From assembly GCF_009914755.1 (NCBI RefSeq), contig NC_060935.1: a DNA stretch of 64,000 bases. One strand, 5' to 3'. Each line of letters starts with the position of its first letter. Position 1 is the first letter of the stretch. Below, piece after piece: positions 41,110 through 58,894 of the stretch. The notes below the pieces were generated by a model. It did no database searches. It had not been told where the DNA came from and saw only the letters and a program-made list of their open reading frames with translations. Both the position numbers and the translations under genes were made by a program. The stretch is from the human T2T-CHM13v2.0 reference genome, Homo sapiens.

Positions 41110-41345
41110 ATAGGAGAGGAAGTCACCTGCCAGTATCCGGTGGCAGCTCATAGGAGAGGAAGTCACCCGCCAGTATCCGGTGGCAGCTCATAGGAGAGGA
41201 AGTCACCTGCCAGTATCCAGCGGCGGCTCATAGGAGAGGAAGTCACCCGCCAGTATCCAGTGGCGGCTCATAGGAGAGGAAGTCACCCGCCAGTATCCCG
41301 CGGCTCATAGGGGAGGAAGTCACCCGCCAGTATCTGGTGGCGGGG
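41110..41345. repeat. 40-bp minisatellite, ~6 copies
   Basis: Unit ATAGGAGAGGAAGTCACCYGCCAGTATCCRGYGGCRGCTC at 41110, 41150, 41190, 41230, 41270 (38 bp) and 41308 (degenerate end). Confidence 0.95.
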
Positions 41346-42208
41346 AGTCAAGACAGAGACTTCCAGTTGAGTCACATTCAGTCTGTTCGCCTCAACTTGG
41401 AGGTATCAAGGCCTCACCCCGGGGAGTGGCCTGCAGTTATCCCTGCAGCAAGGCGGAGAGCCAGGTGTTGTTCCGTTTTACAGGTGAGAGGCCCACGAAG
41501 CCTGCCTGGCTGTAGGATCCACCAGTGGGTAAGGGGACCATGAGCAGACTCCGAGAGGCCAAGTGCATGGCCTGCGGTCACTCAGCGAGCAGAAGCCTCA
41601 TGGACAGGGTTTCCCTCCCTGTCCAGCTGCCCCCAGGCCTGGCCAGAGATCAGCAGGCCGGACAGATATTCCCGGAGGCTAAGCTTGTATGAGTCTGGAG
41701 GGTGTCACTCCAGCTCATTTGCAATAGATGAGCTCAGAATTCCAGGGTTGGAAAGGACCTTCAAGAGGATTTCCTCAGCCAGGTGTGGCGGCTCACTCCT
41801 GTAATCCCAGCAGTTCGCCAGGCCGAGGCAGGAGGATCACTTGAGTCTAGGAGTTTGAGACCAGCCTGGGCATAGGGAGATCCCATCACTACAAAATTTT
41901 TTAAAAAATTAGCCAGGTGTAGCGGTGTGCACCTGTAATGCCAGCTGCTCAGGAGGCTGAGGTGGGAGGATGGCTCGAGGCTGGGAGGTCGAAGCTGCAG
42001 TGAGTCATGATCGTACCTCTGCACTCCTGCCTGGGTGATGGGATGAGACCCTGTCTCAAAAACAAAACAAAACAAAGATTTCCTCCAAGCCCTTTATCGT
42101 CACCTAAGCAAAATAAGCAAAGAAAGGGTTTGCCCGAAGACGTCCAGCCACCCGGCTGCAGCGAAGAGGCTGGAAGTACTTAAAAACAGCATCCCTTCCC
42201 TCCCCTAA

Positions 42209-42436
<228 letters not shown>

Positions 42437-43427
42437 TAATAGAGACGGGGTTTCACCGTGTTAGCCAGGATGGTCTCCATCTCCTGACCTCGTGATCCGC
42501 CCGCCTCAGCCTCCCAAAGTGCTGGGATTACAGGCGTGAGCCACCGCACCCGGCCAATTTGTAGTAAACTATTTTTAAATAATAAAACCCCACACTTAGA
42601 AGAGATCTTATGAAAAATCCCTGCCTAAGCAGATTGGAGGTTGCCAGAGGTTGGGAAAGGAGAACAGGGGTGACTGTTTCATGAGTCAGGGGCTTTCTTT
42701 TGGGGTGATGAAGAAGTCTAGAAACTTGATAAAGGGAGTTTGGGGGAAGGTACTAAATGCCATGGTGAATTGTACACTTTAAAATGGTTAATTTTACGTT
42801 ATGTGAATTTCACCTCAATAAAAAGAAATCATATAAAAAGAAAGGAAGCAGCCGGGCACAGTGGCTCACGCCTGTAATCCCAGCACTTTGGGAATCCAAG
42901 GCGGGTGGATCACCTGAGGTCAGGAGCACGAGACCAGCCTGGCCAACATGGTGAAATCCTGTCTCTACTAAAAATATAAAAATTAGCTGGGCACGGTGGC
43001 TACTGGGGAGGCTGAGGCAGGAGAATCGCTTGAGCCTGGGAGGCGGAGGTTGCAGTGAGCCCAGGTCGTGTCGCTGCACTCCAGCCTGGGCAACAGAGTG
43101 AGACCCCACCTCAAAAAAAAAAAAAAGAAAAGAAAAGAAAAAAGAAAATAAAATAAAAAGAAAAAAGAAAAAGAAAGGAAACAGCTAGGACCTCACTAAG
43201 ACACTGAGACCCTCAGGGGGGCTTGGTTATGGAGTGGGAGTTGGTAGCAGCCCTCATAATGGTTGAACTTGCAGGCTTGCTGCTCGTATGTATCAGGATG
43301 GCATAGTGAATGTCCTTGTAAGAAACAAGTGCAGGCCAGGCGCGGTGGCTCATGCCTGTAATCCCAGCACTTTGGGAGGCTGAGGTGGGCAGATCACGAG
43401 GTCAGTAGATCGAGACCATCCGAGCTA

Positions 43428-43667
<240 letters not shown>

Positions 43668-43883
43668 TCAGGTCAGGAATTTGAGACCAGCCTGGCCAAG
43701 ATGGTGAAACCCTGTCTCTACTAAAAATACAAAAATTAGCTGGGTGTGGTGGTGGGTGCCTATAATCCTAGTTACTCAGGAGGCTGAGACAGAGAATTGC
43801 TTGAACCCGGCAGGCAGAGATTGCAGTGAGCTGAGATTGTGCCACCGCACTCCAGCCTGGGTGACAGAGTGAGACTCCATCTA

Positions 43884-43920
43884 GAAAGAAAGAAAGAGAG
43901 AGAGAGAGAGAGGGAGAATG

Positions 43921-44016
<96 letters not shown>

Positions 44017-44147
44017 GAAGGGAGGAAAGAAAGAAAGAAAGAGAGAGGGAGGGAGGGAGGAAGGAAGGAAAGGAAGGAAGGAAGGGAGGAAAGAAAGAGG
44101 AAGGAAGGAGAAGGAAGGAGGGAGGGAGGAAGGAAGGAAGGGGAGAA
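43884..44147 (+). repeat. Purine-rich (AAAG)n/(AG)n/(GGAA)n tract from an Alu tail
   Basis: About 260 nt, almost exclusively A/G. Confidence 0.9.
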
Positions 44148-45087
44148 GTATTTGGAGAGAAAATGCCACAACTAACTTCCAAATGGCCCAGGAAAATCCA
44201 TATGTGTGCATAGGTGTGTGTGATGAGAGTGAACGCAGAAGGGGTGGGGTGCAGGGGAGTGGAGGTGGAGGCTGTACAGGTTTTGTCAGACTATTCTCGA
44301 GACTCCTCTGTGGGTTTGAAATTTTTCAAAATAATAAAAAAATGGAGGGGAAGAAACCCAACCCACCTGCCTGGTACCTGCCTGTGTCTTATTCGCCAGA
44401 GCCCTCAGCTGCGATGGGCAGGCGTGTGCAGCTCACACACTGGTTTCCAGACATGCTCCTGTGGAAGCCTGCAACACTCTGCGCAGGCACTCGGCACTCG
44501 GGTGACCGTCACTGGCCCCAGCTCCCAGAGCAGGAAACCGAGGCTCAAGAGGCTACACGCCGACCCACGCGGCGAGGCCCAGCACCAAAGACGGTGCAGA
44601 GGAGAAAAGTCGAGCTATTCTGGGTCCCCGTGGGGCATGTCAGGGGATTCATATTGCATGCCCAATGTGACAGGCGGAGGGCATATTTTCCGAGGCAGCC
44701 GGTCCCTGGGGAGTGACCCAAGCTCATCACTCTGTCCTCATCCTGCCCTGATCAAGGATGCGGGGGCTCAGTCTTTTCTCAATCGCCAGCTTCCTTTCGG
44801 GTCAGAAGTTATGCTTTGTGTTTTGTTTTGTTTTTTTAACAGAAAAGTTTTTTACAAACTTGGTTGTTGGGTCTTCTTCAGCATGGAGGAGTCAGCGTCC
44901 CATCTGAAGTCACTCTCAAGTACGAAGCTGAGAGGCCAATCCACGCCCAGGCCACAGAGAATAGCCCCTTTAGGACTAGAGATCTTGAGAAGGCCAGCTC
45001 CCGCATCCGGTGATCCAGAGCTTTCTGCAACTGTTTTCTTACTAATGAGAGGCACCGTATAGCTGAAGGCCCTCTTGAGGCCAGACT

Positions 45088-45366
45088 CTGTGTGTGTGTG
45101 TGTGTGTGTGTGCATGCTTGTGTGTGTGTGTGCACATTTGGTTATATGTACGCATGTGCCATTGTGTACATTTGTGTGAGTGCATGTGCTCATGTGTGCA
45201 CATGTGTGTGCGTGAGTATACACAAACGCGTGCTCATGTGTGTGTGCACATTTGAGTATGTGTACGTATGTGCCATTGTGTACATTTGTGTGAGTGCATG
45301 TGCTCATATGTGCACATGTGTGTGCATGAGTATACACAAATGTGTGCTCATGTGTGTATGCGTGTG
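45088..45366. repeat. (TG)n-derived compound repeat with a ~115-bp higher-order duplication
   Basis: The block GCACATTTG...TGCCATTGTGTACATTTGTGTGAGTGCATGTGCTCA...GAGTATACACAAA occurs twice. Confidence 0.85.
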
Positions 45367-46309
45367 CTGCGTAGTTCTTGCAGCAGCGGCTCTGATGGCT
45401 CATTCTCCATGTTGCAGAAGAGCAGATAGAAGCTCAGAAAGGCTCAGGAAGAGCCCTTGTCTCCTTTGCAGCACTTGCTATAATTGCCTTAAAATAATCA
45501 TCTATGGAATTATCTGCCCATGGTCTGCCTCTGCCTAGTGTCTGTAAGCTCCATGGTCTCACACACGTGTGTGTGTCTTGGTCACTCCTGCCTCCCCTGG
45601 GCCCAGCATAGCCCTGGCAGGGCATAGGTGTGATGAATCTCCTTCAGTAGAGGGGAGAAGGGTGGGAGGGAGGGAAAGAGAAGGGCAGAGAAAGAGGGGG
45701 CTTCAGCCTCCTTCTAGCTTTGCCTTTCCAGCAGGCCAGGGATGTTCCTGCTTTAAGGCATTTAAACAGATGCTCTGGGCTCAGCTCTGGCTAGGGTTTC
45801 TGGCTGCATGCACCACAGATCAAGGGGGCTGGAGGATTCCTGCCACAGGCTCCCACTGTGTGCCTTGGGACAAGTCCTTGGCTCAGTTTCCCCACCTAGG
45901 AAACAGGATGGACACGGGCTTGCAGAGGGTGGCCAGAGGGAGCCAGGCCAAGCGGCTGGGATGTGGGGGGCTGGACTAGGAGGGGCCTCTTCCCAAAGCC
46001 CCAGCCAGGGCTTCCAGTCCCCCCAAGACTTGCCATGCTTTGCCTCCTTGCAAGGAACTCCCGTCAGCTCCTCAACCCTCTGCTCCAGGATGGTGCCTGC
46101 CCTGAACCCTTGCCATCCCTCCTCCACCATCATGCTTCTTGTTTCAGGCCCTCTATGGGACAGGGAACAGATGCAAGTGCCTGGTCCAGGCTGTGTGTGT
46201 GCAGGATCTAGCACAGCCCCATTCTACAGATGAGAGCACTGAGGTGAAGGGGCTGTCAGCCTTGGCCAGTGGAGAGTGAAAAAGAGCTCCTCCTTCCTTG
46301 CTCCTCACT

Positions 46310-46505
46310 GCCTCCAGTCTCCTTCCTTCTCTCCCCTCCCCTTCTCACCTCCTCCCTCCTCCCCTCCTCTTTTCCTCCTCCTCCATCCTCCTCTCCTCCC
46401 TCCCCTCCTCTTCCCTCCTCTCCTCCTCCTCCCTCCTCCCCTCTCTGACTCTCACCCTCCCCTCCTCCTCCTCCCGCCTCCCTCCTCCTCCTTCCTGCCT
46501 CTCCC
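46310..46505 (+). repeat. Pyrimidine-rich (CCT)n-like low-complexity tract
   Basis: About 195 nt, nearly all C/T. Confidence 0.85.
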
Positions 46506-47319
46506 TGTACACTGCTCATTGCCGTCACTACTGGGGCTTGGGGTCTTTTGCTGGGATTAAGTCCATGGTCCTGGTTGCAGCTAGGGGCTTATTCCCACAG
46601 GTCCCATGGCCAGAGTGGGAAACACGTGGATTTCCATTTAAACCTCATTTATGGTGGTGCAGTCAGCCTGTGCCCAGCCTGATTCCCAGAGGTCAGTTAG
46701 TGGGTGGGTTATGGGGTGTCCCTCGTGGAGAGGCTGGCAAGGAGAGTCAAGCCAGGATGGGGTGACCCCGCCAGTGTGGAAAACCTGGCTTGTGTGGGCA
46801 GTGCTTCCTCTTCCATCTCCAGCATCTGATTCCCATGGCTCTGTTTGTTTTAAGGGTTTCTTCTAGAAGCTTCCACACAAGACAGTTGGAGTCACAGTCT
46901 CTGCTCCTCTTGAACTTGGCACCAATGACCCTGAATCTTTATGTGACATCCTTATGAGACTCAGCTGAGCTCTGGGCTCTGCTGAGCTGAGCTGGGGTCT
47001 TGTGGGGTGTAGTGGCAGCTGGGGCGCCTCCAGTACCCCTGAAGACCCCAAGGGAGCACCCCACCTGCCAGGCATCAAGTGCTCAGGGCTCTTCTGAGCA
47101 GTAGCAGCATGCTTTGGCTTTCCCGGTCAGGTCGTGAGAACAGCAGGGGCCGCCCACCGGGCACCTTGGCCCCTCAGGCTTTAATGAGCAAGCGAATGAC
47201 TGCCAGTCTCACACCAGCCCACGAGGGGGCAGGTTTTCCTGCCTGAGGCCACACAGCTCTTCAGCTGCAGGGTGGGGACTCACAGCCGACCGCGGGACTC
47301 TGATGAGTCCCCTGGGGCT

Positions 47320-47695
47320 CCTGCGACAATGATCACAGATGGCGGCTTAAGCAAGAGATTTCTGCTCTCACCGAGCTGGAAGCTGCAAGTCAGAAATCAA
47401 GATGTTGGCGGGGTCAGGGCTCCTGGGGCCCAAGGGAGGATGCCTCCTGCTCTCCGGCCCCAGGTGTCGGCCTCCTCCTTCCCTGCTTTCTGTGTCTAAA
47501 CTCTTGCTCCGTCTTTCTCTTCTGTGGACATCTTCTTTTTTCAGGACTCTCATCGTCTAACTCAGTGCCCCCTGTCCAATCCGGGATCATCTCTTCTTGA
47601 GATCCTTCACTTAATGTCATGCACAAAGACCCTTTTCCAAGTTAGGTGACTCCCACAGGTTCTGGAGGGACACACATCTTGGGGGGCATCACTCA
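47320..47695 (-). mobile_element. MLT1-type LTR fragment
   Basis: GGCTTAAGCAAGAGATTT...AAATCAAGATGTTGGC...AAAGACCCTTTTCCAA...ACATCTTGGGGGGC pattern. Confidence 0.55.
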
Positions 47696-47806
47696 GCTGA
47701 CTCCGTGAGTCAATGCTCAACCTTCTCAGCACACGGGCCCCAACCCCAGGAGCTCCTCTGCTCCCCAGAGAGGGGGAGTGGGCAGTGGGTCCCCACAGTG
47801 TCCCCG

Positions 47807-48463
47807 AGGTGAACTTGGGAAGTTGTTGAATGATTTTGCAGAAAATAGGGGTGGGCGGAAAGGAAGCCAAACCTCCATCCTCACCCCTGCTTGATTCTTC
47901 ATGGAGTTTGTCTCTGGATGCACCGTCCTCAGAAGGGAGAGTTAGCAAACTACACCACCGAGCACACACTGTGGGGAGCACATCTGCAGGGAGCACACCG
48001 GTTGAGCGGGCCTGGGGGACCTTGGACAGAGGCAGCTTGGAGGGAGATGGCAGGTCCAGATGCCCCTGAGGATGGACTCGGAGGGGTCCTCCCAGCAGAG
48101 GGCCAGGGACATTTCTTGATGTTGGTTCACTGAGGGGCCCAGCTCCAGGCACCCCGGGAGCCGATGGGCTCATTGACACCATCCCCTCTTGGCCTGGCAG
48201 GCTTGCAAAGCTGCTCCCCAGGTCCCTAGCAACTGCAGCCTGGTTGTTCCCATCGGATGAGACCACCCCCGTTTGGGACCTGACCCTTGACTTCCCTTGG
48301 AAGTGGAGACGGTGGTGCAGTTTGCTAACTCTCCCTCCTGAGGACGGTGCATCCAGAAACAAACTCCATGAAGAATCGAGCAGGGGTGAGGATGGAGGTT
48401 TGGCTTCCTTTCCACCCACCCCTATTTTCTGCAAAATCATCCAACAACTTCCCAAGTTCACCT
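47807..48463. repeat. 154-bp inverted repeat (arms 47807-47960 and 48310-48463), 349-bp spacer
   Basis: 148/154 identity by manual alignment, no gaps. The same peptide stretch MILQKIGVGGKEAKPPSSPLLDSSWSL appears on opposite strands in the ORF track. Confidence 0.95.
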
Positions 48464-48995
48464 GGAAAGTCGTGAGGAACTGTTTGCAAAAGAAGAAATA
48501 CACATAGCCAACGAGGATAAGAATGTTCAAACTGGAGGGAGAAGCCTTCCTCTTACTTAGCAAACTGACAGAGGCTTATCTGAGAAGTCCTGCTAGGTAG
48601 AGGTTCCTAGGTGTCGGGGGAGCAGCCTCTCCTGAGGCCAGTGGGTGGAGGAGTGAATCGGCGAGGGTCTCCAGCCTGGCAGAACCCCTGCAGCATCCAT
48701 CCCAGTCCACTCCTGTGGGAAGCCACACTGTGATCACGATGAGTCCAGAGTACCTGCCAGGTCCCAGGAGACTCTGCCCAATGCCCATAGACTTTGCCAA
48801 CTGTTGCCTGGCTTTCTCGGAATGAGACAAGCTGAGGAGAGCAGGGCCTGGCTTCATGGGGTCCGCCGCAGCTCCCACCCTGGCACAGGATCAGCACAAA
48901 GTGAGCTGATTCAATGAACGAATACGCTTCAAACTGTTCATCCTCTTTAACCACACAATTCTACTTCTAGGAGTTTAACATAAAGAAAGTCCTTA

Positions 48996-54735
<5,740 letters not shown>

Positions 54736-56133
54736 ACTGCTGTGTGCTTTTTTTGCACTTTTCAGTATGCCTGAGATTTTCCAGGACAGAAGAAGGAAAA
54801 AGTATGCAAGGAGAGACCATAAAAAGGTAGCCATGCCTATCTCTGGAAGGTGAGATTCCTGGCCATTTCCACTTTGATGTTAATAAAACCATCACCATTT
54901 ATGAAGTGTTTGCGACGGGCCATTGCTTGACAGCTGTCATCTAATTTCAACCTCGTGACAATTTTGAAGAATAGCTTTTGTTGTCCCCTTTTCACACCTG
55001 CAAACCTGAAGGAAGAGACAGTGGGATTCATGCTCCTGTCCCTCTGAAGAGCTACGCCCTTCGATGCTTTTCTGTAAAGAATGACCATATATGACTGGAA
55101 TGCAGTCAGAAAGGAGGAAGCGGCTGTCACAGTGGCTGGGCTTAGGGCAGATTCCAGGCCTCCATGGCCCTGGGTGCCAAATGGCGGGGCCACCATGGTT
55201 TCGGGGCCATCCAGGGGGCTGGTTCCCTTTCTCGGTGCTACAAGCAGGTTGTAAAGCACTTTGGAGGCCAATTGGCACCAGGACAAGGAATTGCACCCTT
55301 GAGGTGGTTCGTGACCCCATAAATTGCTCAGAGGTGGGAGGCAGCTGGGAGGCTCGGGAAAAGCACAAGCCAGGTCATTGGAGGCTGCTCCTTTCCCAAG
55401 GTGCGGCATTCCACGGGGTGATGGCCCTCGGGCCCCAGGAGAGGGAGAGGAACCTGGAGGAAAAGTGGACGCAGACAAGACCCCAGTGGAACGGGCCGGA
55501 CAGCAGGCACCCCAGGACATTGTGAGTCAGGGTGGACAGGGTGCCTCCCCTGCCGGGGCCTCTCCCTGGGCACCTGCGGAGTCTCCGTAGGCCTGCAGCA
55601 AAGGGGGTTTAGGTTTCAGAGCGCACGCACATCAGAGGGACCACATCAAGCGCCTGCAGCTTCCAGGTGTGAATAAACCTATGGGGAGCGCTGGCGCTGG
55701 GCGTGGGCCCTGGGAACGGTTTAGATTCCGAGGTAACCCGATAAGCACTGGCTAACACCTGCACTCACTACCTGGAATATACAGACATATCCATCCCCAT
55801 CCCCTTCCCGTGGGGAGCTGAGGCCTCCATTTCATGCTTGGGGTGCACCTACTTACTGTCTGCAATGTCCCGGCCACATCCACCATCAGAGGGGGAAGGA
55901 ACCCTGTGTTTCTGAGGGAAAACTGAGGCCCAGAGAGCAAGCCTGACTCTCCGAGGCCAAGCAGAGCTGGGACCCAAGGCCTCCAGCTCGTGCCATCCTG
56001 CTGCCCCACTGCGGGCATCCATCTTCTCTGGGATTTTTGGCTTCTGAGGGGGTGCTGCCCAGGAGCTCCCGGGGACAGGGCGTGTGGCTCTCCCTGCCTC
56101 ACAGAAATGTTTCAGAGGTGGAATGATATGGGC

Positions 56134-56883
56134 AGAATGATATGCCCATCGTGCCATATGACTCTCAGAACAACACGACAAAATTGCAGGTGCTATGATG
56201 GTCCCCATTTAGCCTTGCGTCAGGCGTTTGTCCTGGGCCAGCTCAAAGACCACACAACTGCATCCTCCATTGATTGACGGGCTGCTCTCCAAGGCGCCGG
56301 ATGGGTGCTAGTGGTGGGCCTGGCTCGGAGGCATCTCCTGGACAGAGCCAGCCTGGATGCAGAACACATGCCCCTCCTGCTCCCAGGGGGTGGCCCAGCC
56401 TGTCTGTCCAGGCCAGGCCCAGGGACGTGGAGACCAGGGCAAGAGTTTCACCTGTCCAACTGCTGCACTGCACTGGCCCTGCCTGCCCATGGAGGGCACC
56501 GCAGATAAGCAGGGCAGGTACTGGGCGGTCAGAGCCATGATGGGGGTGGCACACCCTAGGGCTGAGGGCCCTGAACTGAGGGCAGCTGATGAGAGGGAGA
56601 AGTCATGGAACAGGAGCCAGGGAGCATCCTACAGCTGGAAACACAAGTGTGAGGTGTGGGACTGGGAGTCGAGGAAGCCAGAGTCAAGACTTTGAGAGAG
56701 ATGGGCATCACCAGGAGGGGAAGGCTGGCAGGTGCTCTGCACTTGCAGTATCTGCAACAGAGAAAAAGATGCCCCTTGCTCTGGGCATGCAGCTTGGCAG
56801 GCTGTGGGAAGATGGGCATCATCCAGGAGGGGCCCTGGCACAGGGTGTAACCTGCACAGCTGTACCAGGCTGGCCTGCCTGGG

Positions 56884-56922
<39 letters not shown>

Positions 56923-57222
56923 ATATGGATGCGGGCTGCCCAGAGAAATGCCCCCACGTGTGCACACACTTATGCGCACTGTCTTGCACACAAGCCCAGG
57001 AGAAAGACTGCCAGAACAGTGGGACCCTGGACGTTCCCTGGGCCAGTTAAGCTCACCGAGGTTTCTCCAGCCTGATTGGTGGGGCCGGCTTGGGAACTGG
57101 GAGAGACAATGGCTCTAGAGCCCAGGAGCTTGGATTCACTCTTTCTCATGTGTAGAAAGAATGACATGCCCCTTGTGCCATATGACCCTCAGAACAACAC
57201 TACAAAACTGCAGGTGCTATGA
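56134..57222 (+). repeat. 65-bp direct duplication (56134-56198 and 57158-57222)
   Basis: 59/65 identity at an offset of 1024 bp. The second copy continues into a MIR-like sequence. Confidence 0.85.
56886..56921. repeat. (TG)~18 microsatellite
   Basis: Uninterrupted dinucleotide run. Confidence 0.95.
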
Positions 57223-58894
57223 CTGTCCGTGTTTTGCAGAAGAGGAGACTGAGGCTTGCAGATGTTTGCAGAGTTGCCTAGGTCCAGGCAGCAGGTAGGA
57301 GGTTGGAACGGCAACAATAGCGACTGCTGCAAGATGAGCCTCAAATCCATGAGATGGGGTTTTGAGGTCCTCCTGTGCTGGCTGTGGTATCTGCATGCCT
57401 TTCTGTACCTTGGGAGCTTATGTGCATAAAGAAAGAGTGACCAGCAGAACGCTGGCTGCAGGGGGATGCTCTGCAGGTTGCGGGCACATGAGGAGCTGTC
57501 TCCATACTGCATCCTCGGGTGTTTCCTAGTTGGCCATTTGCAGTGAGTACCTCGGGTCTGAATCACCAGGGGTCAGGTTTAAGAGCTGAGGGTCAGAGGT
57601 TACCAAGGTACCCATGCCAAGCCAGAGGGCTGACCTTTATTTGACCAAGTCGAAGGACCCCCAGGACCCCAAAGAGGGGCTTCAGGCCCCTGGCTGCCTT
57701 CTGAAATGATGCTTGGGGGTTGATCCTAATCGCCCCTAATTTAGGGGCCAAATGGCCAATTAAGGGACTATTAGAGAGTCAGAGAAGCAGAAGGTGAACT
57801 GAGGAGACAGATGAGAGGCAGCTGATGCCTCTGCCATCGGAGCTAGGCATGGGTTCTGCCGGCCAGCCCAGGCCTGGGAGGGAGGGTGGCTGCCTCCTCC
57901 CCTGGCATTGGCGGGGCTGGGCCTTGTTGTCAGCACCCCCGAGAGACCTGATGGCAACATTTCCTGAGGTCTGCCAGCAGCCAAGTGCCTGGCAACATGC
58001 CCCATTGCCATTTCTTCAGTTAATACTCAAATAAGCTAAATATCTACCAAGTGCCTCAGTCACTGGTCAAACACCAGTCTAGGTGCTGGGGACTCATCAG
58101 GGAGCGAAGTCAAGTCCCTGCCCTTGAGGAGCTGTAATTCTAGAGGACAGGGTGGGGACTGAAAAATAACTAAGCAGCTAAGTGTGCAATACATCAGGTG
58201 CTGCCGGCTTCCCAAGCTTAGTGGCTTCACACAAAACCCTAGTATTGCTCACAACTCTGTGTGCAGGAACTGGGGACTCAGCAAGGTCAGCTTGCGACCG
58301 CTCTACCTGCCCGCTGGTCTCCCTCTGAGACTTCCATCCTCAGGAGGCCGGGCTGGGTCGGAGGTCCGAGGTGGCTGCCCTCCTCCACCAGGGACCCCAG
58401 GGCTCTTGCACACATGTCTCTCTCCAAAGCAGGGCTGCTTGAGATTGGGCTCCGGCTCACAGATCTGTGGGGTCCTGGAGGCCTTGTAAGAACACTGGCT
58501 TTTGCTCTGAGCAAGAGGGTCCCAGAGTACAAAAGCACAAAGGCAGCTGCACTGAGCGGGAAGGGGCGCAGGTAGACTCCGATGGTGGCTGGGACCAGGG
58601 GTGGTCAGATTCTGCCTCCATCCTGCAGGGTAAGGGGACAGGGCCTGCTGCTAGATGGGGCTTCTGGCCTGGGAGCAGGAGGGTGAAGTGGCTGAGTCCC
58701 CAGCTGGGAGGTGGGTGAAAAGAGCAGGTTTGAGTGGGAGGTCCTGGCACAGTTTGGACTTGTGGAGTTGGAGGTCCTGTGAGACATCCATGCAGCAGTC
58801 TCTGGGGCAGCTGGAGGCGAGAGTCTGGAGTCCAGGGAGACAGACGTTCTGGGTCACCAGAGTCAATGAATTTCAACTCGAGGGCATTGGGAAG

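Noticed and set aside
41110-41345. CRISPR-like array
   Set aside because: Units are contiguous with no unique spacers, there are no cas genes, and the context is human. It is a minisatellite.
44059-44139. GGAA microsatellite as an EWSR1-FLI1-type enhancer
   Set aside because: Only three consecutive GGAA units per run, below the usual functional threshold.
43768-45538. Long ORFs (up to 282 aa) around the purine and TG tracts
   Set aside because: Largely low-complexity or Alu-derived, with no coherent exon structure.
47607-48563. 318-aa ORF spanning the inverted repeat
   Set aside because: No recognisable domain, runs into an LTR fragment, and has no supporting splice or promoter context. 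Treated as a chance ORF.
57732-57748. Palindrome GCCCCTAA-T-TTAGGGGC as a CArG/SRF site
   Set aside because: Seven rather than six A/T between CC and GG, and 8-bp arms are expected by chance in 64 kb.
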